DNA of 64,000 nt from Desulfatiglandales bacterium (GCA_963667015.2 CAXXJJ010000004.1:2080001-2144000); one strand, 5' to 3'. Counted from the stretch's first letter, positions 20,646-30,863 are shown. A program made the numbers and translations. The notes: a model not told the origin generated them from the letters alone.

Positions 20646-20834
20646 TTAATTTTCATTAATAGTGATTGCTTCCTGATCGCATACTTCAACGCAGCTTTCA
20701 CATCCCAGGCATTCTTCTGCATTAACCGGAACTGATTTGCCATCCTGCATTTCATAAACGTCAACGGGGCAAACTTCTACACATTCTTCACACCCTTCAC
20801 ATTTATCGTGATCTACGATTACTTCGTAACCCAT
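20646..20834 (-). CDS. ferredoxin, 2[4Fe-4S]
   Basis: CEGCEECVEVCP and CLGCESCVEVC; AGGAGG RBS. Confidence 0.93.
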   Translation of the reverse strand: MGYEVIVDHDKCEGCEECVEVCPVDVYEMQDGKSVPVNAEECLGCESCVEVCDQEAITINEN

Positions 20835-20992
20835 GTCCTAATCCTCCTATATTTTTTAATTTAGACTTAAATCATCCTGCTTTTATGATCATTTTTACTA
20901 TAATATAGTCTCGAACTCCTTAACAGAGACAAAATTCCGTGTCAAGTCTTTTATATACTGCTGATAAAGTTGAAAATATAATTACTATTTTT

Positions 20993-22153
20993 CTACTTAA
21001 TTTCACTCTCCTCTTTAACTGCTGAGGCAATTTTATAGAGAACGGTCACAACAAAAAGACCCGTTGCCCATATACCCAGAGATATACCTATTTCGATTCC
21101 AGTAGGCCAGTACTCGACATATTTATCAAAAGGATTGGGGACGAAACCGCCGATAACTAGTCCGAAGCCTTTATCGATCCAGGTTGAAATAACAACCGAG
21201 ACACATGCGACTAAAAGAATTCCTTCTTTCCTTCTTGCAGAAGGAACAATAAGTAATACAAGAGCTATAAATGCAAAGAAAGTCGCAGTCCACATAAGAG
21301 GAACCAGACTGCCGTGACCTTCATGTCCTGCAAAAAGATAGACAAGTGAATGCATATGCCCCGGAATCTGGCTGTAAAAGGCAGTAAATACCTCAAGGAG
21401 CATGAAAAAGACATTTAAAATCATTGCATAGGCGACTATTCCGCCAAGTGTTCTTATCTGTTCTTTGCCCGGATCAAATTTTGTAAACTTCCTTACAACA
21501 AGGCAAAGCATTATCAGTATGGAGGGTCCGGATGCAAACGCAGAGGCCAGAAAACGGGCTGCCATAATAGCCGTAAGCCAGTAATGTCTTCCGGGAATAC
21601 CCGCATAAAGAAAGGCCGTTACAGTATGAATACTGAAGGCCCACGGTATTGAAATATAACTTAATACCTTAACCCAGTTCTGATATTTGACGCCCTTCTG
21701 TTCGGCGCTGACCACATTCCAGCCAATAACCAGGTTCATCAGCATATAGACATTTAAAACAATCATGTCATAAAAAAGGATAGACTTTGGATTGGGGTAG
21801 AGCATTACATTGAGCATTCTTGGAAGATTACCAAGGTCTACCATAACGAACAGACCGCATATAATGATCGCGCCTACTGCAAGAAATTCTCCGAGAATCG
21901 TTATTCTGCCAAATGCCTTATAATCGTGGATATAATAGGGCAATACAACCATGACACCACCGGCAGCAACACCGACAAAATACGTAAGCTGGCCGATATA
22001 GAATCCCCAGGAAACATCCCTACTCATTCCTGTGACCATCAGGCCTTCTCTCCACTGTACCATGTAGCAGGCAAACCCGACACCCATAACTACAAGTAAA
22101 AAGAATATCCAACCCCAGTATTTCCCGCTTCCCTTTATTGCTTTATCAAGCAT
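20993..22153 (-). CDS. dsrP: DsrP, NrfD/PsrC family membrane subunit of DsrMKJOP
   Basis: GMSRDVSWGFYI, VDLG, SIHTVTAFLY, ARFLASAF; multi-TM; operon position. Confidence 0.93.
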   Translation of the reverse strand: MLDKAIKGSGKYWGWIFFLLVVMGVGFACYMVQWREGLMVTGMSRDVSWGFYIGQLTYFVGVAAGGVMVVLPYYIHDYKAFGRITILGEFLAVGAIIICGLFVMVDLGNLPRMLNVMLYPNPKSILFYDMIVLNVYMLMNLVIGWNVVSAEQKGVKYQNWVKVLSYISIPWAFSIHTVTAFLYAGIPGRHYWLTAIMAARFLASAFASGPSILIMLCLVVRKFTKFDPGKEQIRTLGGIVAYAMILNVFFMLLEVFTAFYSQIPGHMHSLVYLFAGHEGHGSLVPLMWTATFFAFIALVLLIVPSARRKEGILLVACVSVVISTWIDKGFGLVIGGFVPNPFDKYVEYWPTGIEIGISLGIWATGLFVVTVLYKIASAVKEESEIK

Positions 22154-22163
22154 AATTACCTCA

Positions 22164-22967
22164 TTATACTATGTAATATATATTGGGACCTGTCCCAAGT
22201 TCAGGTTTACGTCTTATTGTGTAATGTTCACGAAGGGCCATACGTACATTTGAAGTATAATCACTCAGATCTCCAAAGATGAGAGTGTCTTCTTTTTCCT
22301 GATTGGCGGCCTCAACACAGGCCGGAATCTCTCCCTTTGCCAGCCTCTCTGCACAAAAATTACATTTTTCGACAACTCCTTTTGTCCTTCTGGGATATTC
22401 CGGATTTGTCGGAAATTCGGGATTAAGCTCCTCAGGTGCTTTCAGGGGATCTCCCCAGTTAAAACTTCTTGCACCATAGGGGCATGCAGCCATGCAGAAA
22501 CGGCATCCTATACAGCGATGCGGATCCATAATGACTATGCCGTCCGATTCACGCTTAAAAGTCGCCTTGGTGGGGCAGACCCTGCAGCAGGGTGGATTGT
22601 CACAATGGTTGCAAAGCACAAAAATATTTTTCTCAAGCAGCTCTTCATCAAGGTATGCATGCTCTCGCTCGGAAAAAACGTGTTCGTAAGTCTCACTCCA
22701 GTTCCATTTTATCTCAATCCGTGGATCACCCCAATCGGGGATATTATGCAGCCTGTTACATACATCATGGCATTTTTTAAGAATATCATCAGTCATTTTG
22801 TGCGTATCTACTACCATTCCCCACTTATTTGCTGTGGTAAGGGGTATATCTTTGACTGATGCGTCAACATCGCCGGGGGCCAGAAGTTCGAAGCCGATCT
22901 TTCCGCTGGCACCTGCAATAGCTGAAACGCCTGCGATCTTTAAAAATTTTCGTCTATCAATGCCCAT
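22164..22967 (-). CDS. dsrO: DsrO, Tat-exported iron-sulfur subunit
   Basis: DRRKFLK Tat signal; CNHCDNPPCCRVCP, CIGCRFCMAACPY, KCNFC. Confidence 0.93.
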   Translation of the reverse strand: MGIDRRKFLKIAGVSAIAGASGKIGFELLAPGDVDASVKDIPLTTANKWGMVVDTHKMTDDILKKCHDVCNRLHNIPDWGDPRIEIKWNWSETYEHVFSEREHAYLDEELLEKNIFVLCNHCDNPPCCRVCPTKATFKRESDGIVIMDPHRCIGCRFCMAACPYGARSFNWGDPLKAPEELNPEFPTNPEYPRRTKGVVEKCNFCAERLAKGEIPACVEAANQEKEDTLIFGDLSDYTSNVRMALREHYTIRRKPELGTGPNIYYIV

Positions 22968-23353
22968 TATTCACTCTCCTTTGGCGCAATATGACAATCC
23001 CAGCAGAAAGGATTAACACCTGCATAATTATGACACGAGTCACAGAATTTAGACTTATTTGAATGGCACTCCATACATGTAACCTGGAGACTCTTATAAA
23101 TTGTCTTGCCTTCCGTGCTGGTATAATATCTTTCTCCGTCGCGGACTACTTCCATCCGCCACTGGTCCAGCATTTTCATATGCTGTGTTGTCATAAAATC
23201 CTTTGATTCGATACACTTGCCAGCCTCTTTCGCCATCGCTGTCAATTCAGGTTCAGGTGCGCCTACCGTATCTCCCTTCTGATACCAGAGTGGAAAAAGC
23301 AATAACACAAGAAAGATAACCAACAAGGTCCAGATTTTGCCACCGTCAAACAT
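22967..23353 (-). CDS. dsrJ: DsrJ, triheme cytochrome c
   Basis: N-terminal TM; HMKMLDQWR; CMECH, CDSCH, CWDCH. Confidence 0.93.
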   Translation of the reverse strand: MFDGGKIWTLLVIFLVLLLFPLWYQKGDTVGAPEPELTAMAKEAGKCIESKDFMTTQHMKMLDQWRMEVVRDGERYYTSTEGKTIYKSLQVTCMECHSNKSKFCDSCHNYAGVNPFCWDCHIAPKESE

Positions 23354-23368
23354 ACTCAGCCTCCTATG

Positions 23369-25027
23369 CTAAGCCTCAAGGGCCCCTTCAGCTTCGTCAT
23401 CTTCATCGACATCTTCCATTCCGGGGAGATCCTCACCCCTCAGGTCAGTCGTCCTCTTCTTTTCTCCGTCAAGAATAAGTGCATTAGCCACCATTTCATG
23501 AACTCCTGTGACATCAACAGCAGGCACCCAATAGGACATCAGATCCGGAAAGACCGCCCGGTCAATAGCACATATTGTTGACAGCATATTTACACCGTGT
23601 TTTTCATGAACATACTTAACTGCGTTTGCCCTGGGTAACCCGCCTCTCATCCGGAGTTCCATATCCTCACCGGCATTCAGTCCGGCACCGCTTCCGCAGC
23701 AGAATGTCTGTTCCCTGATTGTATTTTCAGGCATCTCATAAAAATTATTACATACGCTGTTAATAACATACCTTGGTTCATCCAGAAGCCCCATACCCCT
23801 TGCCGGATTACAGGAGTCATGGTATGTGGCAATGATATGGTCATTTCGGCTCTTATCCAGCTTCAGTTTGTTGTTCCGGATAAGATCGGCAGTGAACTCG
23901 ATAATATGAACCATTTTAGTAGATTTTGCATTCTCAAATTTGGTTCCTGTAATGGGAGAAACCGGCTCTTCGAGAAAATCAGCAGGCCCGTTGAATGAAT
24001 CCATGTACTGATTGATAACCCTCCACATATGCCCGCATTCACCGCCAAGTATCCACTTTACTCCAAGTCTTTTTGCCTCTGCATACATCTTGGCATTAAG
24101 CCTTTTAGCGGTTTCGTGTGAGGTGAAGAAACCGAAATTACCGCCTTCAGACGCATAGGTGCTCCAGGTAATATCAAGTCCCATGCCCTTGAGATAATGA
24201 AACAGCATAAGATATCCCATGCATGTGTAGGTGCCCGGGTCAGCGAAGACATCACCTGAAGGCGTTATAAACAGTATCTCAGCGCCTTTCCTGTTAAAAT
24301 CCGGCTCTACTTTTACCCCGGTTATATCTTCTATATCATCAACAAAGAAATCGAGCATGTCCTTATAGGCATGTGGCTGAATACCGAGATGATTTCCTGT
24401 CCTGTAACAGTTTGCAACAGGGGCTGCTATCCACCCGATGTTAAGGCCTAAAAGATTAAGCAATTCCCTTCCGACAATTGTTATTTCAGCAGTATCTATT
24501 CCATAGGGGCAAAAAAGTGAGCACCTTCGGCACTCTGTACACTGGAAAAAGTAATACCACCATTCCTTGAGCACATCTACTGTCAGATCCCTGGCACCGG
24601 CGAATTTACCCATAATCTTGCCGGCAAGTGTATATTCCTTTCTGTAGATAGACCTTAACAGCTCAGCCCTCAGTACAGGCATGTTTTTGGGATCAGCACC
24701 GCCAATAAAAAAATGACATTTATCAGCGCAGGCCCCGCAACGCACACAGACATCCATAAAGATTTTCAGAGAACGGAACCTGCCAAGACGTTCCCTTAAT
24801 CCGTCCAGCAGGATCTCTTTCCAGTTTTCAGGTAGTTTCCAGTCTTCCTCCAGAGGATTCCAGTCTCTTGGATTCGGCATGCCAAGATATTCCAGGTCCT
24901 TTGGCTTTCCTGCATAGCATGCTATACCCTCGCGTATTTCGGTCGGTGTATTCATCCAGCCCTTATCAAAGATGGACGTGCTGTGATTTATTTGAACAAG
25001 CTCATCAGCTTTTGGTGCGTCTGCCAT
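23369..25027 (-). CDS. dsrK: DsrK, HdrD-like Fe-S/CCG catalytic subunit
   Basis: CVRCGACADKC, CTECRRCSLFCP, GECGHMWR, YHDSCN, FCCGSG. Confidence 0.95.
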   Translation of the reverse strand: MADAPKADELVQINHSTSIFDKGWMNTPTEIREGIACYAGKPKDLEYLGMPNPRDWNPLEEDWKLPENWKEILLDGLRERLGRFRSLKIFMDVCVRCGACADKCHFFIGGADPKNMPVLRAELLRSIYRKEYTLAGKIMGKFAGARDLTVDVLKEWWYYFFQCTECRRCSLFCPYGIDTAEITIVGRELLNLLGLNIGWIAAPVANCYRTGNHLGIQPHAYKDMLDFFVDDIEDITGVKVEPDFNRKGAEILFITPSGDVFADPGTYTCMGYLMLFHYLKGMGLDITWSTYASEGGNFGFFTSHETAKRLNAKMYAEAKRLGVKWILGGECGHMWRVINQYMDSFNGPADFLEEPVSPITGTKFENAKSTKMVHIIEFTADLIRNNKLKLDKSRNDHIIATYHDSCNPARGMGLLDEPRYVINSVCNNFYEMPENTIREQTFCCGSGAGLNAGEDMELRMRGGLPRANAVKYVHEKHGVNMLSTICAIDRAVFPDLMSYWVPAVDVTGVHEMVANALILDGEKKRTTDLRGEDLPGMEDVDEDDEAEGALEA

Positions 25028-25029
25028 AT

Positions 25030-26133
25030 TTACTCCTTTTCCGCTTCTTCAGTTTCTGCCTCTGATTCAGGCATCTTATCGACAGGCAAACCTGCTTCAA
25101 TCATTTTATCCCTGAATTCCTCTTCATATTCATCATATGTATGGGTCTTAACCGGATAATCCCAAGGATTAATATGTCTTTTGGCCCTGTTATTGTTGGC
25201 AAAAATCCTTGTAGGGCTTAAAAAGACACCGCCCAGGTGCATTAACTTGCTGAAGGGGAAATATACCAGAAGAACACATACAAGAAAGAGGTGAATAAAG
25301 AACAACGTGCCAATATCTTCAGATACTACCGGATTACCGGTAACCAGACCGATCCCCAGGGCCTTTACCTGTACAACCGGCACTGTGAACCAGTCTGCAT
25401 TAAATGCATACTGCATAAAGTGCCCCATATATCTCATCATTACCCCTGTACCTGCAATGCCGAGTATCAGAAACAAAGGGAAATAATCGGCAGGCAATGA
25501 TATGTACCTTGTATGCGGCACATATAGACGCCTTATAAAAAGATATGCCACCGCGACTATCAGTACAAAACCGCTTATCAGGATACCGGGGAGCATGAAT
25601 CCCGACAGGGGCGCAATACCGGTTTCAAGAAAACCGTCAGCGCTTTCTAAAAATTTTATAAACCCGGGGATTGGTTCGGTAAAAAACCTGAGATGCCTCA
25701 GTACAACAACAAGGAAAGAGTAATGAAAGGCAAGTGCAGCTATCCAGAGCCATTTTTCCCATTCATAGGTTATTTTGGAACCTTTCCTGAATTCAAGACG
25801 GGTATTTCTGAAAAGTGAACGAAACATAAATATTTCAAAAAACATCCGGCCTAAAACACCCATTGTTGAAGAAGGATTATCCAGTTTATTTTGTTTTATC
25901 CATGGAAGGGATTTCTGCTGGCCTGCGGTAGTAGGGATTCTGTAAGGATTTGGTGAAAAGGACCATCTCAGAACCTTAAACACAAATCCCAAAATAAATA
26001 CTGTTATCGCCGCGTATGGGATTACTACCCCAAAAACGAAGCGCAGATTCGCTAATCCTACCCCCACCAGCGGAATCAAGGCCAGTATGCTTACCATGAC
26101 TATGGAAAACAGGATACCTAAGATAAAATTCAT
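25030..26133 (-). CDS. dsrM: DsrM, NarI-type cytochrome b membrane subunit
   Basis: PYRIPTTAGQQKSLPW, FRSLFRN, FHYSF...RHLR, HLFLV...FPFSKLMH. Confidence 0.95.
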   Translation of the reverse strand: MNFILGILFSIVMVSILALIPLVGVGLANLRFVFGVVIPYAAITVFILGFVFKVLRWSFSPNPYRIPTTAGQQKSLPWIKQNKLDNPSSTMGVLGRMFFEIFMFRSLFRNTRLEFRKGSKITYEWEKWLWIAALAFHYSFLVVVLRHLRFFTEPIPGFIKFLESADGFLETGIAPLSGFMLPGILISGFVLIVAVAYLFIRRLYVPHTRYISLPADYFPLFLILGIAGTGVMMRYMGHFMQYAFNADWFTVPVVQVKALGIGLVTGNPVVSEDIGTLFFIHLFLVCVLLVYFPFSKLMHLGGVFLSPTRIFANNNRAKRHINPWDYPVKTHTYDEYEEEFRDKMIEAGLPVDKMPESEAETEEAEKE

Positions 26134-26187
26134 TTAACGCTACCTCGTTCAATTATATAAACATTAATTAATACTTGGATAAACGGT

Positions 26188-26730
26188 TTATTTATTATCA
26201 GCAGGCTGCCATTCAGGAATTTCACATATCAGGTCAGAACGCCTTAGTAAACCTGACACCTGATTTTTTGCAGTCTGGACTTTTATTTCATACAGTTTTT
26301 CTCTGCATTTTGAATAGATATCAAATGCAATAAGGATTATCTCATCAATCCTGCTGTAAAACGTAATTATTTCAGTATGCAGATTATTATCAGGTCCGGC
26401 TATCTCACTTAGTTCCAGGGAGATTACATCCTTCAAAAAATGCAGATATCTCAAAGCCTCGGAAGGAGTAAAATCATGAATAGCCCTGATTCTCACTATT
26501 TCGTCAAGAATCGGACCAATTTTTTCATGGGAAATTTCGCCTTCAGCCAGCAGCTCGCTGAACAGGTCTTCGGTATGCTCTCTAATGGAGTGCCCTATTG
26601 GGTTGGCAAACTGGTTACTCTCGGATGTTAAAAACCTGATCGATTCGGCAGGATACATCTGAAATATTTCTTTCTGCCATTTTTTTAATATGTCTTTTTT
26701 TCTATCTGCAAGGAGCATTTGAAGGTTCAT
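26188..26730 (-). CDS. dsrT: DsrT (RsbRD N-terminal domain protein)
   Basis: QFANPIG, IVRIRAIHDFTPSEAL, AFDIYSKCREKLYEIK; immediately upstream of dsrM. Confidence 0.85.
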   Translation of the reverse strand: MNLQMLLADRKKDILKKWQKEIFQMYPAESIRFLTSESNQFANPIGHSIREHTEDLFSELLAEGEISHEKIGPILDEIVRIRAIHDFTPSEALRYLHFLKDVISLELSEIAGPDNNLHTEIITFYSRIDEIILIAFDIYSKCREKLYEIKVQTAKNQVSGLLRRSDLICEIPEWQPADNK

Positions 26731-26824
26731 AACTACCTGAAATATTTAAATTATAAATAATTAAGTCAAATTTTTCTCATTTTTGATCGGCGTTTGGAAT
26801 ATAGGTAAAATGAAAAATCATGTC

Positions 26825-26900
26825 AAGTTAATAATTTCACAAGGTTACAGCCTTTGGCCTAAAAAAAATATAATATTTGGCCTTGTGAATTATTTTCCCT
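26825..26900. promoter_or_regulatory. two imperfect Rex-like operators in the dsrT/hdrC divergent promoter
   Basis: AAGTTAATAATTTCACAA (26825-26842) and TTGTGAATTATTTTCCCT (26883-26900); each matches TTGTGAAATATTTCACAA at 13/18 with one strong half-site. Confidence 0.45.
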
Positions 26901-26986
26901 GGTATTATATTCATACATCATTCCGTTGTTTAATGAAAAACTCTAATTTAAGCAGGCTATAAAGGTCTGCTGTCTAAAAGGTTAAT

Positions 26987-27394
26987 ATGTCAGTTAAATT
27001 ATCCCCCAAGACTGCAAAAAAGGAATTTATCGAAAAACTGGAAAAATTGAGCGGCCAGAATGTGCAGCAATGTTTCCAGTGCGGAACCTGTTCGGGTTCC
27101 TGCCCGATGCTTGACAATATGGACACACACCCCCGAAAAATATTAAAAATGGCTCAGCTTGGGCTTGAAGAGGAGCTTGAAAACAGCAAAACCTGCTGGG
27201 TTTGTGCATCATGCCACAGCTGTAACGTAATGTGTCCAAGGGGTGTTGACCTGCCAAGGGTGATGGAGGCATTGCGCCAGATGACTCTCAGAAAAAACAT
27301 TAACAAAATAGAACCTTCGGAACTGCCTGCTGAAACAATAAAAGAGTGTCCGCAGATAGCACTGGTAGCAGGTTTCAGAAAATTGACAAGTTGA
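26987..27394 (+). CDS. hdrC: heterodisulfide reductase subunit C-like 2[4Fe-4S] protein
   Basis: CFQCGTCSGSCP and WVCASCHSCNVMCPRGVD. Confidence 0.85.
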   Translation: MSVKLSPKTAKKEFIEKLEKLSGQNVQQCFQCGTCSGSCPMLDNMDTHPRKILKMAQLGLEEELENSKTCWVCASCHSCNVMCPRGVDLPRVMEALRQMTLRKNINKIEPSELPAETIKECPQIALVAGFRKLTS

Positions 27395-27401
27395 GGAGAC
27401 A

Positions 27402-28250
27402 ATGAAGATTATCTATTATCCAGGATGTACATTAAAAACCAAGGCAAAAAATCTTGGAGATACAGCCGTCGCAGCTATGAATCTGCTTGGCATCGAGCTT
27501 GAAGAGCTCACCCGCTGGAATTGCTGCGGTGCGGTTTACTCACTGGCGGATGATGATCTTATCCACCAGGTGGCACCGGTCAGAATCCTGGTCAGGGCCA
27601 TGGAACAGGGGGGTGGAAAGCTGGTTACATTGTGTTCAATGTGCTACAACACACTCGCCCGTGCCAACCTGATCATGAAAAACGATGAAGAAAAACGGAA
27701 CACCATTAATAACTTCATGGATGAAGAAAAGGATTATAATGGTGAAGTCGAGGTAATCCATCTACTTTCGTATTTAAATGAAAACGTTGGGTGGGATGCC
27801 ATAAAAGAAAAGGTCAAGGCCCCGCTAAAAGGTCTTAACATAGCCCCCTATTATGGATGCACCCTGCAGAGGCCCAGAGAAGTTGGCATAGAAGCACCCG
27901 GCAGTTTTCAATTGATGACAGACCTGCTTTCCACACTGGGTGCAAATACGATACAGATAAGCGAAGCAGACCTGTGCTGCGGATCGTATCAGATAATAGG
28001 AAACCCCGAGGCAGCAGGAAACAATTCGGAAAAAATCGTTAAATCAGCAACAAAAGCCGGTGCTGATGCACTGTCCATGAGCTGCCCGCTCTGCGAATAT
28101 AATATAGGCAAAAAACAGGCGGGCCTGCCGACCTTTTATTTCACCCAGTTACTGGCAATCGCACTCGGGGTAGCCCCTGAAGACTGCCATTTTGAACTCA
28201 ATCATAAGTCCTCTCTGGAGTTATTAAAGACCAGGGGGATTATAAAATAA
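27402..28250 (+). CDS. hdrB: heterodisulfide reductase subunit B-like CCG-domain protein
   Basis: YYPGC...WNCCG...CSMC and YYGC...LCCG...CPLC; YFTQLLAIALG. Confidence 0.87.
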   Translation: MKIIYYPGCTLKTKAKNLGDTAVAAMNLLGIELEELTRWNCCGAVYSLADDDLIHQVAPVRILVRAMEQGGGKLVTLCSMCYNTLARANLIMKNDEEKRNTINNFMDEEKDYNGEVEVIHLLSYLNENVGWDAIKEKVKAPLKGLNIAPYYGCTLQRPREVGIEAPGSFQLMTDLLSTLGANTIQISEADLCCGSYQIIGNPEAAGNNSEKIVKSATKAGADALSMSCPLCEYNIGKKQAGLPTFYFTQLLAIALGVAPEDCHFELNHKSSLELLKTRGIIK

Positions 28251-28276
28251 ATTATATCTTTCATGGAGAACCAAAG

Positions 28277-29065
28277 ATGTCCGATACAGATACAAAACAG
28301 AACATAAAGGTAGCTACCGGGGACAGGGCTATCCTGCCTGAAGGAGCAAAGACAATACCTGTTTATGTAATGGGGAAAAAATACGATGTCCCCGAAACAC
28401 TGACCATTATGAAGGCAATGGAATATGTGGGATTTAAATTTATACGCGGCGCAGGATGCAGGGGCGGTATATGCGGCGCCTGTCCTACGGTCTACAGGAA
28501 AGCAGGCAATTATAAACTGTATTTCGGGCTTGCCTGCCAGACAGTAGTTGAGCCGAACATGTACCTCACCCAGATACCCTTCTATCCGGCAAACAGAGCC
28601 ATATATAATATTGAGGAAATTGAACCGGTAGCAGAATCGATCCATGCACTCTATCCTGAGCTGTTCAGGTGTGTTTCATGCAACAACTGTACGAAGGCAT
28701 GCCCCATGGATGTGGAGGTTCTGGATTATATCTCTGCCATAAAACAGGGAGATATCGAAAGGGCGGCCATACTCAGCAAGGACTGTATTCAGTGCGGCAT
28801 GTGTGCCAGTCGATGCATGGGCGAACTTCCCCAGTATCACATTGCACAGCTTGTAAGGCGTATTTACGGCAAGTACATACAGCCACGGGCAGAGCACCTT
28901 AAAAAACGCGTAGAGGAAATCAACTCAGGAAAATATGACAAAATGCTGGACGACCTGATGGCAATGGACAAAGATGGACTGGAAAAGCTCTATGTTGAAA
29001 GGGAACGCGAACCAGACATGTCAGAGCCGGGTAAATGGATGCCGGAAGAGACGAAATATCTATAA
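28277..29065 (+). CDS. FrdB/SdhB-like iron-sulfur protein ([2Fe-2S] + 2[4Fe-4S])
   Basis: GCRGGICGAC...LAC [2Fe-2S] motif; CVSCNNCTKACP and CIQCGMCASRC. Confidence 0.8.
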   Translation: MSDTDTKQNIKVATGDRAILPEGAKTIPVYVMGKKYDVPETLTIMKAMEYVGFKFIRGAGCRGGICGACPTVYRKAGNYKLYFGLACQTVVEPNMYLTQIPFYPANRAIYNIEEIEPVAESIHALYPELFRCVSCNNCTKACPMDVEVLDYISAIKQGDIERAAILSKDCIQCGMCASRCMGELPQYHIAQLVRRIYGKYIQPRAEHLKKRVEEINSGKYDKMLDDLMAMDKDGLEKLYVEREREPDMSEPGKWMPEETKYL

Positions 29066-29084
29066 TCAGAAGAGGGAAAAACAT

Positions 29085-30752
29085 ATGGCATATACAAGCG
29101 AACTCAAAGAGCTTATTAAAAAGGTGGAAGCCAGCCGACCGCAGCGACTGGAAATGGCCAGGCGCGGTGAGAATTACCCGGCACTGGATCTGAATGGTCG
29201 TGCCGAAGTACTGGGCAAATTCCATCCTGACTATAAGGAAGAAGGGAGAAGAGCCCTTAAGGTAGGCCCCAACAAGGGTGATGTTTTCCAGGATGAAGTG
29301 GCATCACTCCTTGAATCAAAATCAATGATAAGGCCTGAAAATGTTAATCTTTCAGAGCCCGATTATGAGGCAGATATACTTATAATCGGTGGCGGAGGTG
29401 CAGGGACTTCAGCGGCACTTATGGCATCTGATAAGGGGGCCAGTGTTATTATTGCAACAAAGCTTCGTCATGGAGACTCTAACACAATCATGGCTGAAGG
29501 CGGTATCCAGGGGGCATCACAGGAATGCGATTCTCCTTTTTACCACTACATGGACACAATGGGCGGCGGACACTTTGCAAATCAGCCGGACCTTGTGGCA
29601 GCCCTTGCCCACGATGCACCACTGAGCATTGCATGGCTTGAAAATCTGGGCATGATGTTCAACAAACACCCGGACGGCCGTATGAAGGTAACCCACTTCG
29701 GCGGATCATCAAGAAAGAGGATGCACTCTTCAGGTGATATGACCGGCGCAGAGATTATGAGGGTTATCAGGGACGAGGCAAGAAACAGGCCGGACAAGAT
29801 TACTATCGTGGAATTCTGTCCTGCGGTTGAGCTTGTACTTGATGAAGATGGAAAATGTGCAGGCGCAATTCTTTACAACATGGAGACCAGAGAATTCTAC
29901 TATGCAAAGGCAAAGGCGGTTATCCTTTCTTCAGGCGGATTCGGAAGGCTCCACATAAAGGGTTTTGCCACGACAAACCATTACGGCGCTACAATGGACG
30001 GTGTTGTCATGGCATATCGCGCAGGGGTCGGCAACAAATCACTCCACTCCACACAATACCATCCAACCGGCGCAGTTTATCCTGAACAGAATGTAGGGCT
30101 CCTGATCACAGAAAAGGTAAGAGGTCTTGGCGCCCATGTTCTTAACATAGATGGTGAACAGTTCTGTTTTCCGCTTGAGCCAAGGGATGTTGAATCTGCA
30201 GAACTCATACAGGAGGCACTTGAGAAGGGGAAAGGGATAGTCACCCCCACAGGAAGAGTTGGAATGTGGCTCGATTCACCAATGATTGACGAGTTACACG
30301 GCGAGGGAACTGTAAAAAAGGAACTCCCCGCAAAATTCATCCAGTTTAAAAGACATGGAATAGATATCAGCAAAGAGCCCATGCTTGTTTATCCTACACT
30401 TCACTATCAGAATGGCGGAATCAACATCAATGGCCAGACAGAAACCATAATACCAGGGTTATTCGGTGCAGGAGAAGTGGTTGGCGGGATACATGGTGAA
30501 AACAGGTTAATGGGAAACAGCCTCCAGGATGTTGTCACCTTTGGCCGCAGGTCAGGCATCAGTGCTGCAAACTATGTAAAAGGAGGTGTTGATCTTAAAA
30601 AACCCACGCTTGATCATGTGGTTAAATTTGAAAAGGAACTGGCTGAAGCCGGAATTGAGAATCCTGTAGTTGCCCCTATTCTGCTGCCCGATTATTCAAC
30701 CGAGGAAGTTATAGCCAGGAGATGGACAGAGGGCATGCAGGATAGTGAATAG
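29085..30752 (+). CDS. fumarate reductase/succinate dehydrogenase flavoprotein-like FAD-binding protein
   Basis: IIGGGGAG, SNTIMAEGG, QYHPTG, LITEKVRG, PRDV, PTLHYQNGG, HGENRLMGNSL; ATG 29085 after GAGGG. Confidence 0.85.
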   Translation: MAYTSELKELIKKVEASRPQRLEMARRGENYPALDLNGRAEVLGKFHPDYKEEGRRALKVGPNKGDVFQDEVASLLESKSMIRPENVNLSEPDYEADILIIGGGGAGTSAALMASDKGASVIIATKLRHGDSNTIMAEGGIQGASQECDSPFYHYMDTMGGGHFANQPDLVAALAHDAPLSIAWLENLGMMFNKHPDGRMKVTHFGGSSRKRMHSSGDMTGAEIMRVIRDEARNRPDKITIVEFCPAVELVLDEDGKCAGAILYNMETREFYYAKAKAVILSSGGFGRLHIKGFATTNHYGATMDGVVMAYRAGVGNKSLHSTQYHPTGAVYPEQNVGLLITEKVRGLGAHVLNIDGEQFCFPLEPRDVESAELIQEALEKGKGIVTPTGRVGMWLDSPMIDELHGEGTVKKELPAKFIQFKRHGIDISKEPMLVYPTLHYQNGGININGQTETIIPGLFGAGEVVGGIHGENRLMGNSLQDVVTFGRRSGISAANYVKGGVDLKKPTLDHVVKFEKELAEAGIENPVVAPILLPDYSTEEVIARRWTEGMQDSE

Positions 30753-30792
30753 TATTTAATTATTTTAAATACATTCACGGTAAAAAACCTTT

Positions 30793-30818
30793 GAGGCAGG
30801 TTTTAAACCTGTCTCTAC
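30793..30818 (-). repeat. GTAG-type REP-like palindrome
   Basis: Minus strand GTAGAGACAGGTTTAAAACCTGCCTC. Confidence 0.55.
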
Positions 30819-30821
30819 AAA

Positions 30822-30863
30822 AAACAAAAACGCCCCGTTCAAATGAACGGGGCGTTTTTGTTT
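30822..30863. terminator. bidirectional intrinsic terminator
   Basis: AAACAAAAACGCCCCGTTCA-AA-TGAACGGGGCGTTTTTGTTT between convergent operons. Confidence 0.88.
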
